Assembly: GCA_027317865.1 (NCBI GenBank)
Contig: DAHVQG010000011.1
Coordinates: forward strand, 1 to 64,000
Reading direction: 5' to 3'
From: Bdellovibrionales bacterium
GTDB taxonomy: Bacteria; Bdellovibrionota; Bdellovibrionia; Bdellovibrionales; UBA1609
Length of the DNA: 64,000 nucleotides
A model generated the notes under the pieces. It saw only the letters and a program-made list of their open reading frames with translations. It was not told the origin of the DNA and did no database searches. Position numbers and translations under genes: made by a program. Shown here piece by piece: positions 37,961 to 48,066 of this stretch (positions are counted from its first letter, which is position 1; every line of letters begins with the position of its first letter).

Positions 37961-40735
37961 ATGGATTTTGCGCGCGAATATCATTTTCTTGACGACTCCA
38001 TCTCCTTTTTGAAGCGACATCTCAACCAACAAGGGCCACTTGAATATTTTGTCCATCACAACCCGCTGCATTCGTTAGAGGATCTTAAATTTCATGCGGC
38101 GATTCGACAATCCGGCGAACTGTACGGAGCAACAGGCTATATGGCCAGCCGGGATTATCGGTTTATTTTTAAACACAAAAAAATTTCTTCAAACATTTTA
38201 CTTCATGAGATTGAGAACACTTTTTTTAATGATGAATTTCTTGGTTCATCCAACATCACGCCGGCTCTACTGTTAGAACTTCTGCAATCCGAAAAAACGG
38301 CCCGATCATTTCGCAAATCAAGCAAATCGTACATTAGTCAATTCGCAACTCGGATTCGATCAGAAACGGAATCGTTGAACAGCAATCAATCGAGTTTGTG
38401 CCCCGAAAGGGCGGAGTTCCGGTCGGCGCTTTCAGAATTTAACCTTAATATAGACGAGTGGGTAACCTTTTACTTTGGCCACATTTTGTCTGTTTACTTC
38501 GATGCGGGGCATGCGTATTGGCCCGTTGCTTATCAAGACACAATGCTCAAAACGATCGTTAATACCTTCGGCAAAAAAGGATGGTTTTCAAAACCGTGGA
38601 AGAAATCCTTTCAAAGGGATTTGATGAAGTTTACCGGCAATGTAAACGTTCGCGAAAATATTATTCGCCTGCTATCGCATCTCAATATTGAACCGGAACA
38701 CTACAAATCTTTCTTATATGAAATTTGCAGCCGACAGAAAGGCTGGTCTGGATTTGTGTTAAAGGCTGAAAGCTCCCCTCATTTGCTTCATTCAAATCCT
38801 GCGATCAAATCGAATTTCGAAGAGTTTCTCTTGCTTCTCGTCCTTATAGAAAAATCTTTAGTAGAACACTATTATAATGAGTTCGACCTACCGATAATTC
38901 CAAAAATCACACCACGTGCCACAGAGCTAGATTCCGAAAGGGCGCTGGTTTATGCACTTTTGCTAACTGAAACCCTCCAACTTACGCCAAGCGATTCGGT
39001 TGAAAACCGTATCAGCGCATTTACGCCGATTATAAAAGTAGCATTAAAATTGGCGGCTACAGAGCTTAGCATCTGGCAAAACGCGTTTGATAAAACGTTC
39101 ACCGCCGATTTTTTGTCTGCAGTGGTGGCAAATAAAAAAGCGAATAAGCGCTCGCCCCAAAGCAAACCGAAAGCACAAGTGATCACGTGCATCGATGAGC
39201 GTGAAGAGTCATTTAGGCGGCATCTTGAAGAAGTACAACCGCAAATCCAAACCTTTGGATTTGCCGGCAATTTTGCCCTGAATCTACTCTTCAAAGGTGT
39301 GAATGACGTGAGATTCAAGCAGTTCGGAGACTTATCGAAACACCCTGATATAAAAGTTGAAGAGTCGATCGTCGAATACAAAAATACACGTAACGCATCG
39401 TCATCGCTTGTCCGACTCTTCTACAAGATCGAAGCGAGTCTGCTCCGTCGTCCTAAGGATTTTTTATTTGGCTGGATCACAAGTTTGAGCATGGGTTTTG
39501 TTGTACTCCCCCACATTATTCTTAAAATATTTTTTCCGTATCGCGAAGAGGTTGGTCGGCGCGCATTGGATCGCTGGCTCAAATCACAATTTAAAACCGC
39601 TCTTCAAATTTACCGGCTTGATGGAGACGAGTTAGATGCCCTCGCGAAGGCCAAGATTGTACGCGGCGTATTAACAGCGAATGGTTTAAAACATTTTTCG
39701 GATTTAGTTTTTATAGTTGGACACGGCTCCCACAGTTTGAACAATCCGCATGAAGCCGCACATGACTGCGGAGCTTGTGGTGGCGGACGTGGTATTATTA
39801 ACGCGCGCGTCTTTGCGCTATTCGCAAACGACTCGGCTGTAAGAGCCGAGCTGTCTAGCATGGGCATAAATATTCCAGAACAATGTACGTTTGTTCCGGC
39901 CTATCACGACACATGCAGCGACGAATTTCGCGTTTTTGAATTAGATGCCACAACAAGAGCCACTCGTGACCGCATGCAATCTCTAAAAAATGATTTTGCT
40001 GAGGCCTGTCGACGTGACGCCCATGAACGATGCCGAAAATTTTCTGATGTGCCACGCAAAATTAGTCTGAATGCAGCTCAGGCCCACGTAATCGGCAGAG
40101 CAAATGACCTTTCGCAACCTCGGCCAGAATACGGGCACGCGACAAACGCGATCTGTATTATTGGATCGAGAAATCTGAGCCGAGGGATTTTTCTAGATAG
40201 ACGCGCATTTTTATGTTCCTACGATTTTAAATGTGACGATGATGCTGGCATTCTATCGAGTTTGCTCGAATCCGTTGTCGGCGTTTGTTCGGGGATCAAC
40301 CTTGAATACTATTTTGCCACTGTTGACAACCGGCACTATGGCTCCGGCACGAAACTACCCCACAATGTCGTTTCACTACAGGCGGTAATCAACGGTACGG
40401 ATAGCGATTTATTGTTGGGGCTACCGACTCAAATGATTGAGATACATGCGCCGTTGCGATTGAATGTCATGATCGAAGCCCCACTTTCGCGAATAAAAGA
40501 TCTTGTTCAGAGACCGAATTCCTTGTTCGGAAGACTGACCAGAAATGAATGGATATGGACAATTGTCCTCGATCCCGAAGATCAGTCTCTTTATAAATAT
40601 GAAAGCGGCGAGTTCGTCCGGATTGAAGCTTTCAAACAAAACATCGCCACGTTTAAGACGTCACAGGATGTCTATAATCGAATCCGCGGTTATTGCGATT
40701 TCAGTCTAATTGAGCCGGATAGTCTTTATGTTTAA
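37961..40735 (+). CDS. dabA: Inorganic carbon transporter subunit DabA/MpsB (DUF2309)
   Basis: FVHHNPL, CIDEREESFRRHLE, GHGSHSLNNPH..DCGACGG, QPRPEYGHA, LDRRAFLCSYD, GINLEYYF, GSGTKLPHNV. Confidence 0.9.
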   Translation: MDFAREYHFLDDSISFLKRHLNQQGPLEYFVHHNPLHSLEDLKFHAAIRQSGELYGATGYMASRDYRFIFKHKKISSNILLHEIENTFFNDEFLGSSNITPALLLELLQSEKTARSFRKSSKSYISQFATRIRSETESLNSNQSSLCPERAEFRSALSEFNLNIDEWVTFYFGHILSVYFDAGHAYWPVAYQDTMLKTIVNTFGKKGWFSKPWKKSFQRDLMKFTGNVNVRENIIRLLSHLNIEPEHYKSFLYEICSRQKGWSGFVLKAESSPHLLHSNPAIKSNFEEFLLLLVLIEKSLVEHYYNEFDLPIIPKITPRATELDSERALVYALLLTETLQLTPSDSVENRISAFTPIIKVALKLAATELSIWQNAFDKTFTADFLSAVVANKKANKRSPQSKPKAQVITCIDEREESFRRHLEEVQPQIQTFGFAGNFALNLLFKGVNDVRFKQFGDLSKHPDIKVEESIVEYKNTRNASSSLVRLFYKIEASLLRRPKDFLFGWITSLSMGFVVLPHIILKIFFPYREEVGRRALDRWLKSQFKTALQIYRLDGDELDALAKAKIVRGVLTANGLKHFSDLVFIVGHGSHSLNNPHEAAHDCGACGGGRGIINARVFALFANDSAVRAELSSMGINIPEQCTFVPAYHDTCSDEFRVFELDATTRATRDRMQSLKNDFAEACRRDAHERCRKFSDVPRKISLNAAQAHVIGRANDLSQPRPEYGHATNAICIIGSRNLSRGIFLDRRAFLCSYDFKCDDDAGILSSLLESVVGVCSGINLEYYFATVDNRHYGSGTKLPHNVVSLQAVINGTDSDLLLGLPTQMIEIHAPLRLNVMIEAPLSRIKDLVQRPNSLFGRLTRNEWIWTIVLDPEDQSLYKYESGEFVRIEAFKQNIATFKTSQDVYNRIRGYCDFSLIEPDSLYV

Positions 40736-42617
40736 CGGTACTGTTGATATTTTTCTGTTGTCGCTGCCGGTATTGCTTGGCCTTGCTTTACTATACGTTT
40801 TGGTTCCCGGATTTTTCTTTTCAATAAGGTCGATGCAATTTAGCCGGATCAAATTCGTAACCAATCTTTTAATAATAAATGTTCTAGCAATCACGATTTT
40901 ATTTTTTGGTGATGTATTTAAATACTGGAGTCTTTCTGGACCGATTTACCATTTGATACAAGGCCGTCTTCTCTTGAATGGAACTTCACTCGTTTACTTC
41001 GCACTCACGTCATTTATTGCTATCGTACTATTTAGATTTAGCGTCACCTATCTCTATCACGATCGCTGGTATGCGAAGTTTTATCTAAATCTTACCGTAT
41101 TCATCGTGAGCCTGATGGTAGCAAGTCTTGCCAATCAGTTCATCGTTTTTATAGTTGCATGGGAATTTGTTGGACTCACCTCGGTGTTTCTAATTGCCTT
41201 TTATCAAGACCGCGAAGGGCCGGTAAAAAACGCATTTCGAACGCTGGTCACGTACAAAATTGGCGACGTCTGCTTGTACATCGCGGTATTCGCGCTCGCT
41301 CGCATGGGCGTAACAACCTTCGGCCAGTTACAACACACACGGGTACCCGAGTGGATTTTTATTTTCTTTTTGCTGGCCGCAATGGTTAAAGCCGCACAAT
41401 ATCCGTTTAGTTTTTGGTTGCCGCGAGCTATGGAAGGGCCAACCCCGACCTCCGCGGTTTTTTACGGATCACTCGCCGTTCACCTTGGGGTACTTCTTTT
41501 CATGCGAATATTCCCTACGCCGTACACTGCAATCAACGGTATCGCGATTATGATCGGCGTCGTGACGTTGCTCCATGCCTCATTTGTTGGTCGCACTATA
41601 CCGGATACAAAAAAGAGCTACGCTTACGCGACAATGTCGCAACTTGCGATCATGTTTATTGAAGTAGGGTTCGGTTTTAAAACTTTGGCACTAATTCACT
41701 TATGTTCGCACGTCATTTTGCGCTTTTATCAATTTCTTCAAGTTCCTTCGATATTACACCGCCGCCATGAGCTCGAGTCCAATACTCAAAGATCTCTGCA
41801 GCCAGGCGACCGGTTATTAGAATCGATTTTTCCCCAAAAACTGCGCCGCCTGCTTTATTACTTTTCGTTCGACGAAGGCAAGCTTCATTATTTGCGAAAG
41901 CGACTCGTCGTGCGCCCAGTGCGAGAATTGGCTCTGTTGTTCAACAATATTTACTCTCCACTATTTAAGTTTTTAGATTATCCGTTAGCATCGAGCTCAA
42001 TTTATGCCTTGTCGTTAACGTCCATGGTTTTGCTCCCGTTCGTTCATACTCAGGCTCAATTCACTTACGCTCCTATTTTGATTTATGTAGCCTTACTGAT
42101 GGGGCTGTCGCTTGCCATTTCGCTTTTTGCCGAAACCGACATCACTCGATTTTTTATAAAAGCCATCGGTATAACGATTATTGTTTACGGCCCTCTTTTC
42201 TTTTCGATGAAAACGTCGCTTGCTCGTGTCATGGTCGAATGCCAAATCGTAACATTAGTTGTGTTTTATAAACTATTAACTACGTTCTTCGAGAATCCCA
42301 GCGCCAGATTTGCCGTGCGAAATTTTTTAGGTAACTTTGAGGCATTCCCTCGTCGCGGCAGATGGTCTATTGTATTACTATTACTGGCAACCGGTGCGCC
42401 GCTGAGCCCGTTCTTTTTCTTGATTGAACGGGCGATCGGCGTTTATTTACGGATCAATTTTGAATTTGGAATTTTATTTATTTTGACGGATATGTTCATG
42501 TATCTCTCGATTTACAGACTCGTGTTTCTTGTTTTATTCGGACCAAACTGCCGCAAAAAAAATCGCTTTACTACGGCCATTTATGTTCCCGAACAGTGGT
42601 CGTCAAATCGAAATTGA
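40728..42617 (+). CDS. dabB: NuoL-like membrane subunit DabB/MpsA
   Basis: WEFVGLTSVFLI, KAAQYPFSFWLPRAMEGPTPTSA, AYATMSQL; overlaps the end of dabA. Confidence 0.85.
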   Translation: MFNGTVDIFLLSLPVLLGLALLYVLVPGFFFSIRSMQFSRIKFVTNLLIINVLAITILFFGDVFKYWSLSGPIYHLIQGRLLLNGTSLVYFALTSFIAIVLFRFSVTYLYHDRWYAKFYLNLTVFIVSLMVASLANQFIVFIVAWEFVGLTSVFLIAFYQDREGPVKNAFRTLVTYKIGDVCLYIAVFALARMGVTTFGQLQHTRVPEWIFIFFLLAAMVKAAQYPFSFWLPRAMEGPTPTSAVFYGSLAVHLGVLLFMRIFPTPYTAINGIAIMIGVVTLLHASFVGRTIPDTKKSYAYATMSQLAIMFIEVGFGFKTLALIHLCSHVILRFYQFLQVPSILHRRHELESNTQRSLQPGDRLLESIFPQKLRRLLYYFSFDEGKLHYLRKRLVVRPVRELALLFNNIYSPLFKFLDYPLASSSIYALSLTSMVLLPFVHTQAQFTYAPILIYVALLMGLSLAISLFAETDITRFFIKAIGITIIVYGPLFFSMKTSLARVMVECQIVTLVVFYKLLTTFFENPSARFAVRNFLGNFEAFPRRGRWSIVLLLLATGAPLSPFFFLIERAIGVYLRINFEFGILFILTDMFMYLSIYRLVFLVLFGPNCRKKNRFTTAIYVPEQWSSNRN

Positions 42618-42753
42618 ATTTACTACAGTGCAAGTGCCTTTGAGAGGCGTTTAATATCGTCAATACCGTTTAGTTTGCTGTTTTGCCTTGGCCGCAAGTT
42701 TGCATTTATCGATCAAACTGAGCTGTACAACCGAGCACAGAGGTATTAAAGCC

Positions 42754-43320
42754 ATGAAATGTCCGGGTATATTGTTTATTATCATTATAACAGTATTGTC
42801 GCCGTCGCCGTCATACGCGGTGGAGTTAACAGGCGAATTTAGATTAACACGCCGGCAGACCACAAGCGCCAATCTGTGCCCAGCCCATCTTACAGTACAA
42901 AGAATTAGCAATACGGCAATGGAAGTATATGGCGCGATTTCATCTGCGGCTTATGGTTACACGCCGTTCGGTGACGATGGCGACTACATATTTACCAACA
43001 TTAATCGCGGCATTCGGGTAGAACCGAACCCATCATGGTTAATTCAAACCGAAACCGTCATGACTAACAAGGCGATTGTATTCAACCGCAAGGTTATAAA
43101 TCGAATTACCGGTCGTGTTTTAAGCGAAACGACAACAGGATGGTATTTTTTAAATAGTAGCACTGCTGACCTGATGGCCAAAAGTCTATTCGACGAAAAG
43201 GCTGCCACAAATTTGACCTCATCAAAGACCGTGATCTGTACATATGAAAGGCAAACCAAAAAGCAAACCACAAGCAGTCGTATAGCTAAAATATTGATGA
43301 AAGATTTGTTCGGTAATTAA
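42754..43320 (+). CDS. Hypothetical secreted protein
   Basis: RBS AGAGG; signal peptide ending SYA. Confidence 0.55.
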   Translation: MKCPGILFIIIITVLSPSPSYAVELTGEFRLTRRQTTSANLCPAHLTVQRISNTAMEVYGAISSAAYGYTPFGDDGDYIFTNINRGIRVEPNPSWLIQTETVMTNKAIVFNRKVINRITGRVLSETTTGWYFLNSSTADLMAKSLFDEKAATNLTSSKTVICTYERQTKKQTTSSRIAKILMKDLFGN

Positions 43321-43364
43321 GATTTCACTCACCCTACCGAAGCATTATTCAGATATCGGTCCGC

Positions 43365-44585
43365 CTAAGTCGCCACCGCGGCGTGATCTCGTCCCATTAT
43401 TTGGTCACCGACTATTCGTCGAAAAAGAGTGGGGGTGATAAAAGTGGTCAGCACTCCCATGAGAACCAAAACTGAAAAAAGTCCTTCACTGATGAATCCG
43501 TGCTGAAGAGCAATGTTGGCGACAACTAATTCCATGACGCCACGGCCATTCATAATGATTCCGATACCAAGGGACTGCGCACGTGAAAGCCCGACCCATT
43601 TACCTGCCAACCAACCAGCACCTATTTTCGAAAGTACTGCAGTGGCCAATACGGCGATAACTAAAAGTGCGCCCGGAAGAGCGTGCAAGTTGCACTCGAG
43701 CCCTATGTAAACAAAAAATATAGGGGCCAAAAATCCCGAGCTTATGGATGACAGGCTCTGTTCAAGTTCGTCAAAGCGGGACGCGAAAAAGAGTTTTTTA
43801 TCAACTAACAAGGCTCCAAAGAATGCGCCGATAATAAAATGCGAACCGAGTAACTCGCTGACACTACCGAATGCCAAAACAAAGACGATCAACATGCCAA
43901 GCAAAGCTTCTTTACCGAAAACTTCGACGAGCTTTTCTGGAAACCATTGAATTTTGAGTCCGTAGGATTGAGCTTTTTCTAAAATATAATTAACTGCGAG
44001 AATGAATGCGGCGAGGGCGAGCAGCTTGATGGATGAAACCTTCAGATAATAAAGAATTTGGTGGAAACTTGTTTTCTCAGGCAATTTTAAAATTATGCCT
44101 AAGGTAAACAAAGCGAGCACATCGTTCACGACGGCCGTCACAATGGCATATCGACCTATCGGGTGCTGTAGAAGGTCAAAAGACTTGAGAATTCGAATAG
44201 CCACCGGGAGCGCTGTAATGGATATACAAAGCGCCAGAAAAATTGTACGCATTCGGTCAAATCCAAAGACGACACCAATGAGTAAGCCGCACACGAGGGG
44301 AAGCAAAAAACCAACAACGGCGATCACGATTCCCTTGCCAAAAAACGACCGGATCACCTCTTTGAATTGCATTTCAAGACCAGCCGAAAGAATAATAAAG
44401 AACATCGCCAATTCAGAAATTCCGGATAGCGCAGCGGTCGGTTGGACGAGTTTAAAGCCACTAGGTCCGACAATAATCCCGGCAAGTATTTCGCCGAGTA
44501 ACGCCGGCTGGTTAAATCGTTTAAATATTTCACCCAATATTCGCGCCGAAACAATAAGTAAGAGCAGTGTTGAGAGTAGTGACAT
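43365..44585 (-). CDS. Cation:proton antiporter (CPA2/NapA-like)
   Basis: QPALLGEILAGIIVGPS, SITALPV, AVVNDV, FLAPIFF, MNGRGVMELV. Confidence 0.9.
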   Translation of the reverse strand: MSLLSTLLLLIVSARILGEIFKRFNQPALLGEILAGIIVGPSGFKLVQPTAALSGISELAMFFIILSAGLEMQFKEVIRSFFGKGIVIAVVGFLLPLVCGLLIGVVFGFDRMRTIFLALCISITALPVAIRILKSFDLLQHPIGRYAIVTAVVNDVLALFTLGIILKLPEKTSFHQILYYLKVSSIKLLALAAFILAVNYILEKAQSYGLKIQWFPEKLVEVFGKEALLGMLIVFVLAFGSVSELLGSHFIIGAFFGALLVDKKLFFASRFDELEQSLSSISSGFLAPIFFVYIGLECNLHALPGALLVIAVLATAVLSKIGAGWLAGKWVGLSRAQSLGIGIIMNGRGVMELVVANIALQHGFISEGLFSVLVLMGVLTTFITPTLFRRIVGDQIMGRDHAAVAT

Positions 44586-45205
44586 ATTAGTATATTAGCG
44601 GGCCAGAAAGGTTTGGCACAAATACTAGAGCGTCATTTAGGGTGCCACCATTTCAACGGTAAAAAAGGAGATTTAAAGTAATATTGAATCTAATTTTGTC
44701 CTGTTGTAGAGCCGATAGTTCCTTTATGTTTTATTTTCCATTATTCGATAGCACGTTTAGCTTATAATTCATCTTCGGCCGCTCTTTCATACTTCAACTT
44801 TGCCAATTGGACGGCGTATTGCGGATCTATAAAACTGAGTTCATTAAAAGCCCACGTTTTGTCACGATACTTTTTTGTCCGGATCTATTTTTTGAGTTCC
44901 ATCGGTTGTCCCGCCTTTTTGTTAGTCGGACTTTTGCATTTTTCTTTCGACTTCACATGTCGAGCAACTTGTTCCGCGTTTCAGAAGAATATTCCTGATA
45001 CTAGTCGCGACATGCCCTGCGATACTGACAGCTTTAACGGGTCCATTGACTCCGACGTCAACATATCGGCTGACATAAAGACCAACTGCAAAGATGACTC
45101 CCAAAATTAGATGCCAAATGTTGCAATGTTCTTTGGGATAGGACCAAAAAAAGCCAAACAACGCGATAAGCAAAAAGTGGACGGGTGTTTGCTTATTTGT
45201 GGGAA

Positions 45206-45282
45206 TGGCGCGTCCGGAGAGATTCGAACTCCCGACCACCTGGTTCGAAGCCAGGTACTCTATCCAACTGAGCTACGGACGC
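45206..45282 (-). tRNA. tRNA-Arg, anticodon UCG
   Basis: Cloverleaf GCGTCCG..GCTC..GAGT..CCTGG-CT-TCG-AA-CCAGG..GGGAG-TTCGAAT-CTCTC-CGGACGC-G-CCA; 77 nt with encoded CCA. Confidence 0.96.
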
Positions 45283-45307
45283 GCATGCGTAATAGTACGC
45301 GGGTATG

Positions 45308-45700
45308 CTACTTTGAGTGGCGAGCCGTGACAACAGTATGAATATTGCCGCGCACATTGAAGTCGCCTCGAACCTCAATTTCGTGCGGGTCGAGCAGCGC
45401 CACAAGGTCGCCAAGAATATCGTTGGTGACATCCTCGTGAAAGACTTTTTTGTCACGAAACTGATTAATGTACAATTTTAAAGATTTGAGTTCGACGCAC
45501 CAGCGATCCGGCACGTAGCGAATATAAATCGTCGCAAAATCCGGAAATCCAGACCGGGGGCAAATGCACGTGAACTCCGGGCAAGTAAACTCGACCTCAT
45601 AACGCCGGACTTTCGTTCTATTCTCAAACCGCTCCAACCGGCTATTGGCAATCATGCGCTCGCCGTATAAAAGCTGTTTGCGGACTTTTCGAGACTTCAT
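45308..45700 (-). CDS. queF: PreQ1 synthase (NADPH-dependent 7-cyano-7-deazaguanine reductase)
   Basis: [35 protein letters not shown]. Confidence 0.94.
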   Translation of the reverse strand: MKSRKVRKQLLYGERMIANSRLERFENRTKVRRYEVEFTCPEFTCICPRSGFPDFATIYIRYVPDRWCVELKSLKLYINQFRDKKVFHEDVTNDILGDLVALLDPHEIEVRGDFNVRGNIHTVVTARHSK

Positions 45701-45701
45701 A

Positions 45702-45821
45702 ATTCAATAACCGTTCGCCCAAAGCCTCATGTCTAACACTTGAGATGCCCAACCGAGGAGGATTCCCAACAAATGACACGAGGCTTCTTGCCGTTCACTT
45801 CTTGTTTGAACATTGTTGGAT
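45702..45821. ncRNA. Candidate structured RNA between divergent queF and DUF2799 genes
   Basis: Nested inverted repeats (see findings); family and strand unknown. Confidence 0.3.
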
Positions 45822-45848
45822 CATCCGCTTAGATTTTAAAAAGAAAAT

Positions 45849-46418
45849 ATGCAAACAAAATCCTTACAATACTCATTAATAGTAATCCTGATTCTTGGCC
45901 TTTCGGCGTTATTTTTGTTTGGATGCGCTAACCAAACTGTGGCCAGCGGTCCCTGCCAAGAACTCGATTGGTATGAACTCGGCCGAGCCGACGGCGCCAA
46001 AGGTCTAGTCGCAGGTTCGCCCCGAACGGTTAAACCCATTTGTCCACAAACAAGTGTCGCCCAAAGTGAGGCGCTGTATGAAAATGGCTACAACAGCACC
46101 ATCTCCAACTTTTGTACCTATCACCAAGGCTTTGCCGCAGGTCTGACCAACGAACAAAAAAACGTAAATCGTTGCCCTAATCTTTTACGCAAATTTTATC
46201 TTAAAGGTTTTGCAAGCGGCCGCCGGTATGCACAGCTGCAGCAAAGCAAACGCCTTATTTCGACGCGCATAAGATCGCTCAATACTTATTTGAGCGACAA
46301 ATCTATTGCGTTACCACGCCGGGCAATTCTTCATGGTCAGAAGATTCAGCTTGAACAGAAGATCCAAATGGTTCGGCGCGATATTGCCAGCATTCAAAAA
46401 GAGCGCGCTCTCAACTAG
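45849..46418 (+). CDS. DUF2799-like lipoprotein
   Basis: Lipobox LFGC; C..LDWYELGRADG..G, Y..GY..FCT..GF..G; coiled-coil tail. Confidence 0.75.
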   Translation: MQTKSLQYSLIVILILGLSALFLFGCANQTVASGPCQELDWYELGRADGAKGLVAGSPRTVKPICPQTSVAQSEALYENGYNSTISNFCTYHQGFAAGLTNEQKNVNRCPNLLRKFYLKGFASGRRYAQLQQSKRLISTRIRSLNTYLSDKSIALPRRAILHGQKIQLEQKIQMVRRDIASIQKERALN

Positions 46419-46432
46419 TATATAGTTATTGA

Positions 46433-47185
46433 TTAACGAAAATATTGTTCGGCACCGTCGAGGGTGCGTAAGTAATAGTGCGCGCGCACAGCCAATTTTT
46501 CTTCCAATGAAAGATCGCCGCAACCCGTTTCGGCGCGTGCGCGAGCTTGATAGACAATTTGAAATGTTAACGCCGCGGCAACCGAAATATTAAAGCTCTG
46601 CGCGAATCCGTGCATCGAAAGTTTAAAGCAGCCGTCAACCATTTCACGCGCTTCACTTGTGATACCGTCCCGTTCGTTGCCAAAGACGACGGCAACCTTA
46701 GGCGAATTAAAAATCTTTTGCGCGTCAACATTCACCCCGTCGATCACAGTTGCCGCTTGCAAATCGGCCGCATAAATTCTAAAGCCGGCCGAGCGTAAAC
46801 CCGCCAAACAACTTTGAGTTGATGAATGACGGTGAATATCCAGCCATTTTTCACTCCCACGAGAAATACGGTCGGACATTTTGTACTTGGCACCCGGCCG
46901 TTCGATAATATGAAACGGCAAAAAACCAAAACTCTCAGCCGAGCGCATAACGGCTGAGATATTCCCGATATCGTAGAGGTGTTCTACCACCGTGGCGACG
47001 CGAAAAGTTCGTTGATTTATAACGGCATCGATGCGCGCTTTGCGCTCGTCTGTCAGATGCGGAGCAAGCGTTTGCACGACTTCACTGGAGTTAATCGTGC
47101 GATCCGCGACATGAAACACCGAATTGCCTTCGATTTGCCACTTCGACGCTGTCTCAAAAAATTTCATGCTAATTGGTTCATCCAA
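46433..47185 (-). CDS. TrmH/SpoU family RNA methyltransferase
   Basis: GNISAVMRSAESFG, VVFGNERDG, MHGFAQSFNISVAAA. Confidence 0.9.
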   Translation of the reverse strand: MDEPISMKFFETASKWQIEGNSVFHVADRTINSSEVVQTLAPHLTDERKARIDAVINQRTFRVATVVEHLYDIGNISAVMRSAESFGFLPFHIIERPGAKYKMSDRISRGSEKWLDIHRHSSTQSCLAGLRSAGFRIYAADLQAATVIDGVNVDAQKIFNSPKVAVVFGNERDGITSEAREMVDGCFKLSMHGFAQSFNISVAAALTFQIVYQARARAETGCGDLSLEEKLAVRAHYYLRTLDGAEQYFR

Positions 47186-47191
47186 TAAATT

Positions 47192-48055
47192 TCAATCTTT
47201 CAAAAAGGCGCCGATATTTTCGAGCTGAAAATTGGGTAGCGCAAACGCCCCTCGATGTACCTCTGGGTTGTAATATCGAAACTGCAATTTCGAATTCACC
47301 ACGCGGGATTCGTCAAAATCCCGAATGGGATGCCATTTTTTCGAAGCAAAGCTGAACGACCAGTACCCGCCGGGATAAGTCAAATTCGTAAAATTCAAAT
47401 ACCGCACAATCGGAAACAATTCGCTTAAAACTTGCGACATCGTCCGTTGCATCGCCGAATTGTAAAATGGCGATTCGGCCTGGCTCACTACAATCCCGCC
47501 GTCGTTCAGGCGCGCATAAACATTTCGGTAGAACTCCGAATTAAAAAGCGGGGCAGCCGGGCCGATTGGGTCAGTTGAGTCAACGATGATCACATCATAG
47601 AAGTCCGGCGTTTCACGCATGTATCGAACTCCGTCGTCTATATGCAATGAAAAACGCGAGTTCTCTTTCATGCCTACCGCGGTCACGGGTAAAAATTCAC
47701 GGCACGCTTCAACAACGACCTCGTCAATTTCGACCATATCGCACTTCTCAACCTGCGAGTGCCGTAAAACTTCTCGGGCCGCCCCCCCGTCGCCACCGCC
47801 GATAATAAGAACCCGGCGCGGATTCGGATGTGTAAACAGCGCGGGATGAACAATCATATCGTGATAGACAAATTCGTCGCGCTCAGTAAGCATAACGAGA
47901 TCGTCGTTCAGAAGCATGCGCCCGTGGCCCTTCGTCTCTACCACTTCCACTTTCTGAAACCGGCTTTGTTTACAAAAAAGCGACCGCTCGATCTCGTATC
48001 GAACAGCAAAAAAATTCTCGGAATTTTTCTCTTCAACAAAATCCGCGCTCATCAA
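47192..48055 (-). CDS. speE: Spermidine synthase (polyamine aminopropyltransferase)
   Basis: DEFVYHDMIVH, VLIIGGGDGG, VEID, DVIIVDSTDP. Confidence 0.94.
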   Translation of the reverse strand: MMSADFVEEKNSENFFAVRYEIERSLFCKQSRFQKVEVVETKGHGRMLLNDDLVMLTERDEFVYHDMIVHPALFTHPNPRRVLIIGGGDGGAAREVLRHSQVEKCDMVEIDEVVVEACREFLPVTAVGMKENSRFSLHIDDGVRYMRETPDFYDVIIVDSTDPIGPAAPLFNSEFYRNVYARLNDGGIVVSQAESPFYNSAMQRTMSQVLSELFPIVRYLNFTNLTYPGGYWSFSFASKKWHPIRDFDESRVVNSKLQFRYYNPEVHRGAFALPNFQLENIGAFLKD

Positions 48056-48066
48056 TCAGACACTCC

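Noticed and set aside
40728..42617. Complex I nuoL or Mrp subunit
   Set aside because: No other nuo/mrp genes are present and it overlaps a DUF2309 gene.
44762..44902. TAG readthrough or recoding
   Set aside because: A single short ORF; TAG terminates ordinary genes elsewhere in the window (e.g. queF) and no pyl genes are present.
37900..45282. Integrative element bounded by tRNA-Arg
   Set aside because: I found no integrase and no duplicated tRNA 3' end by eye.
45701..45848. Canonical preQ1-I riboswitch, SRP RNA or c-di-GMP-I riboswitch
   Set aside because: Lacks the preQ1-I hairpin with A-rich tail, the SRP CAGG..GGAA..AGCAG core and the c-di-GMP-I GAAA-capped first stem.
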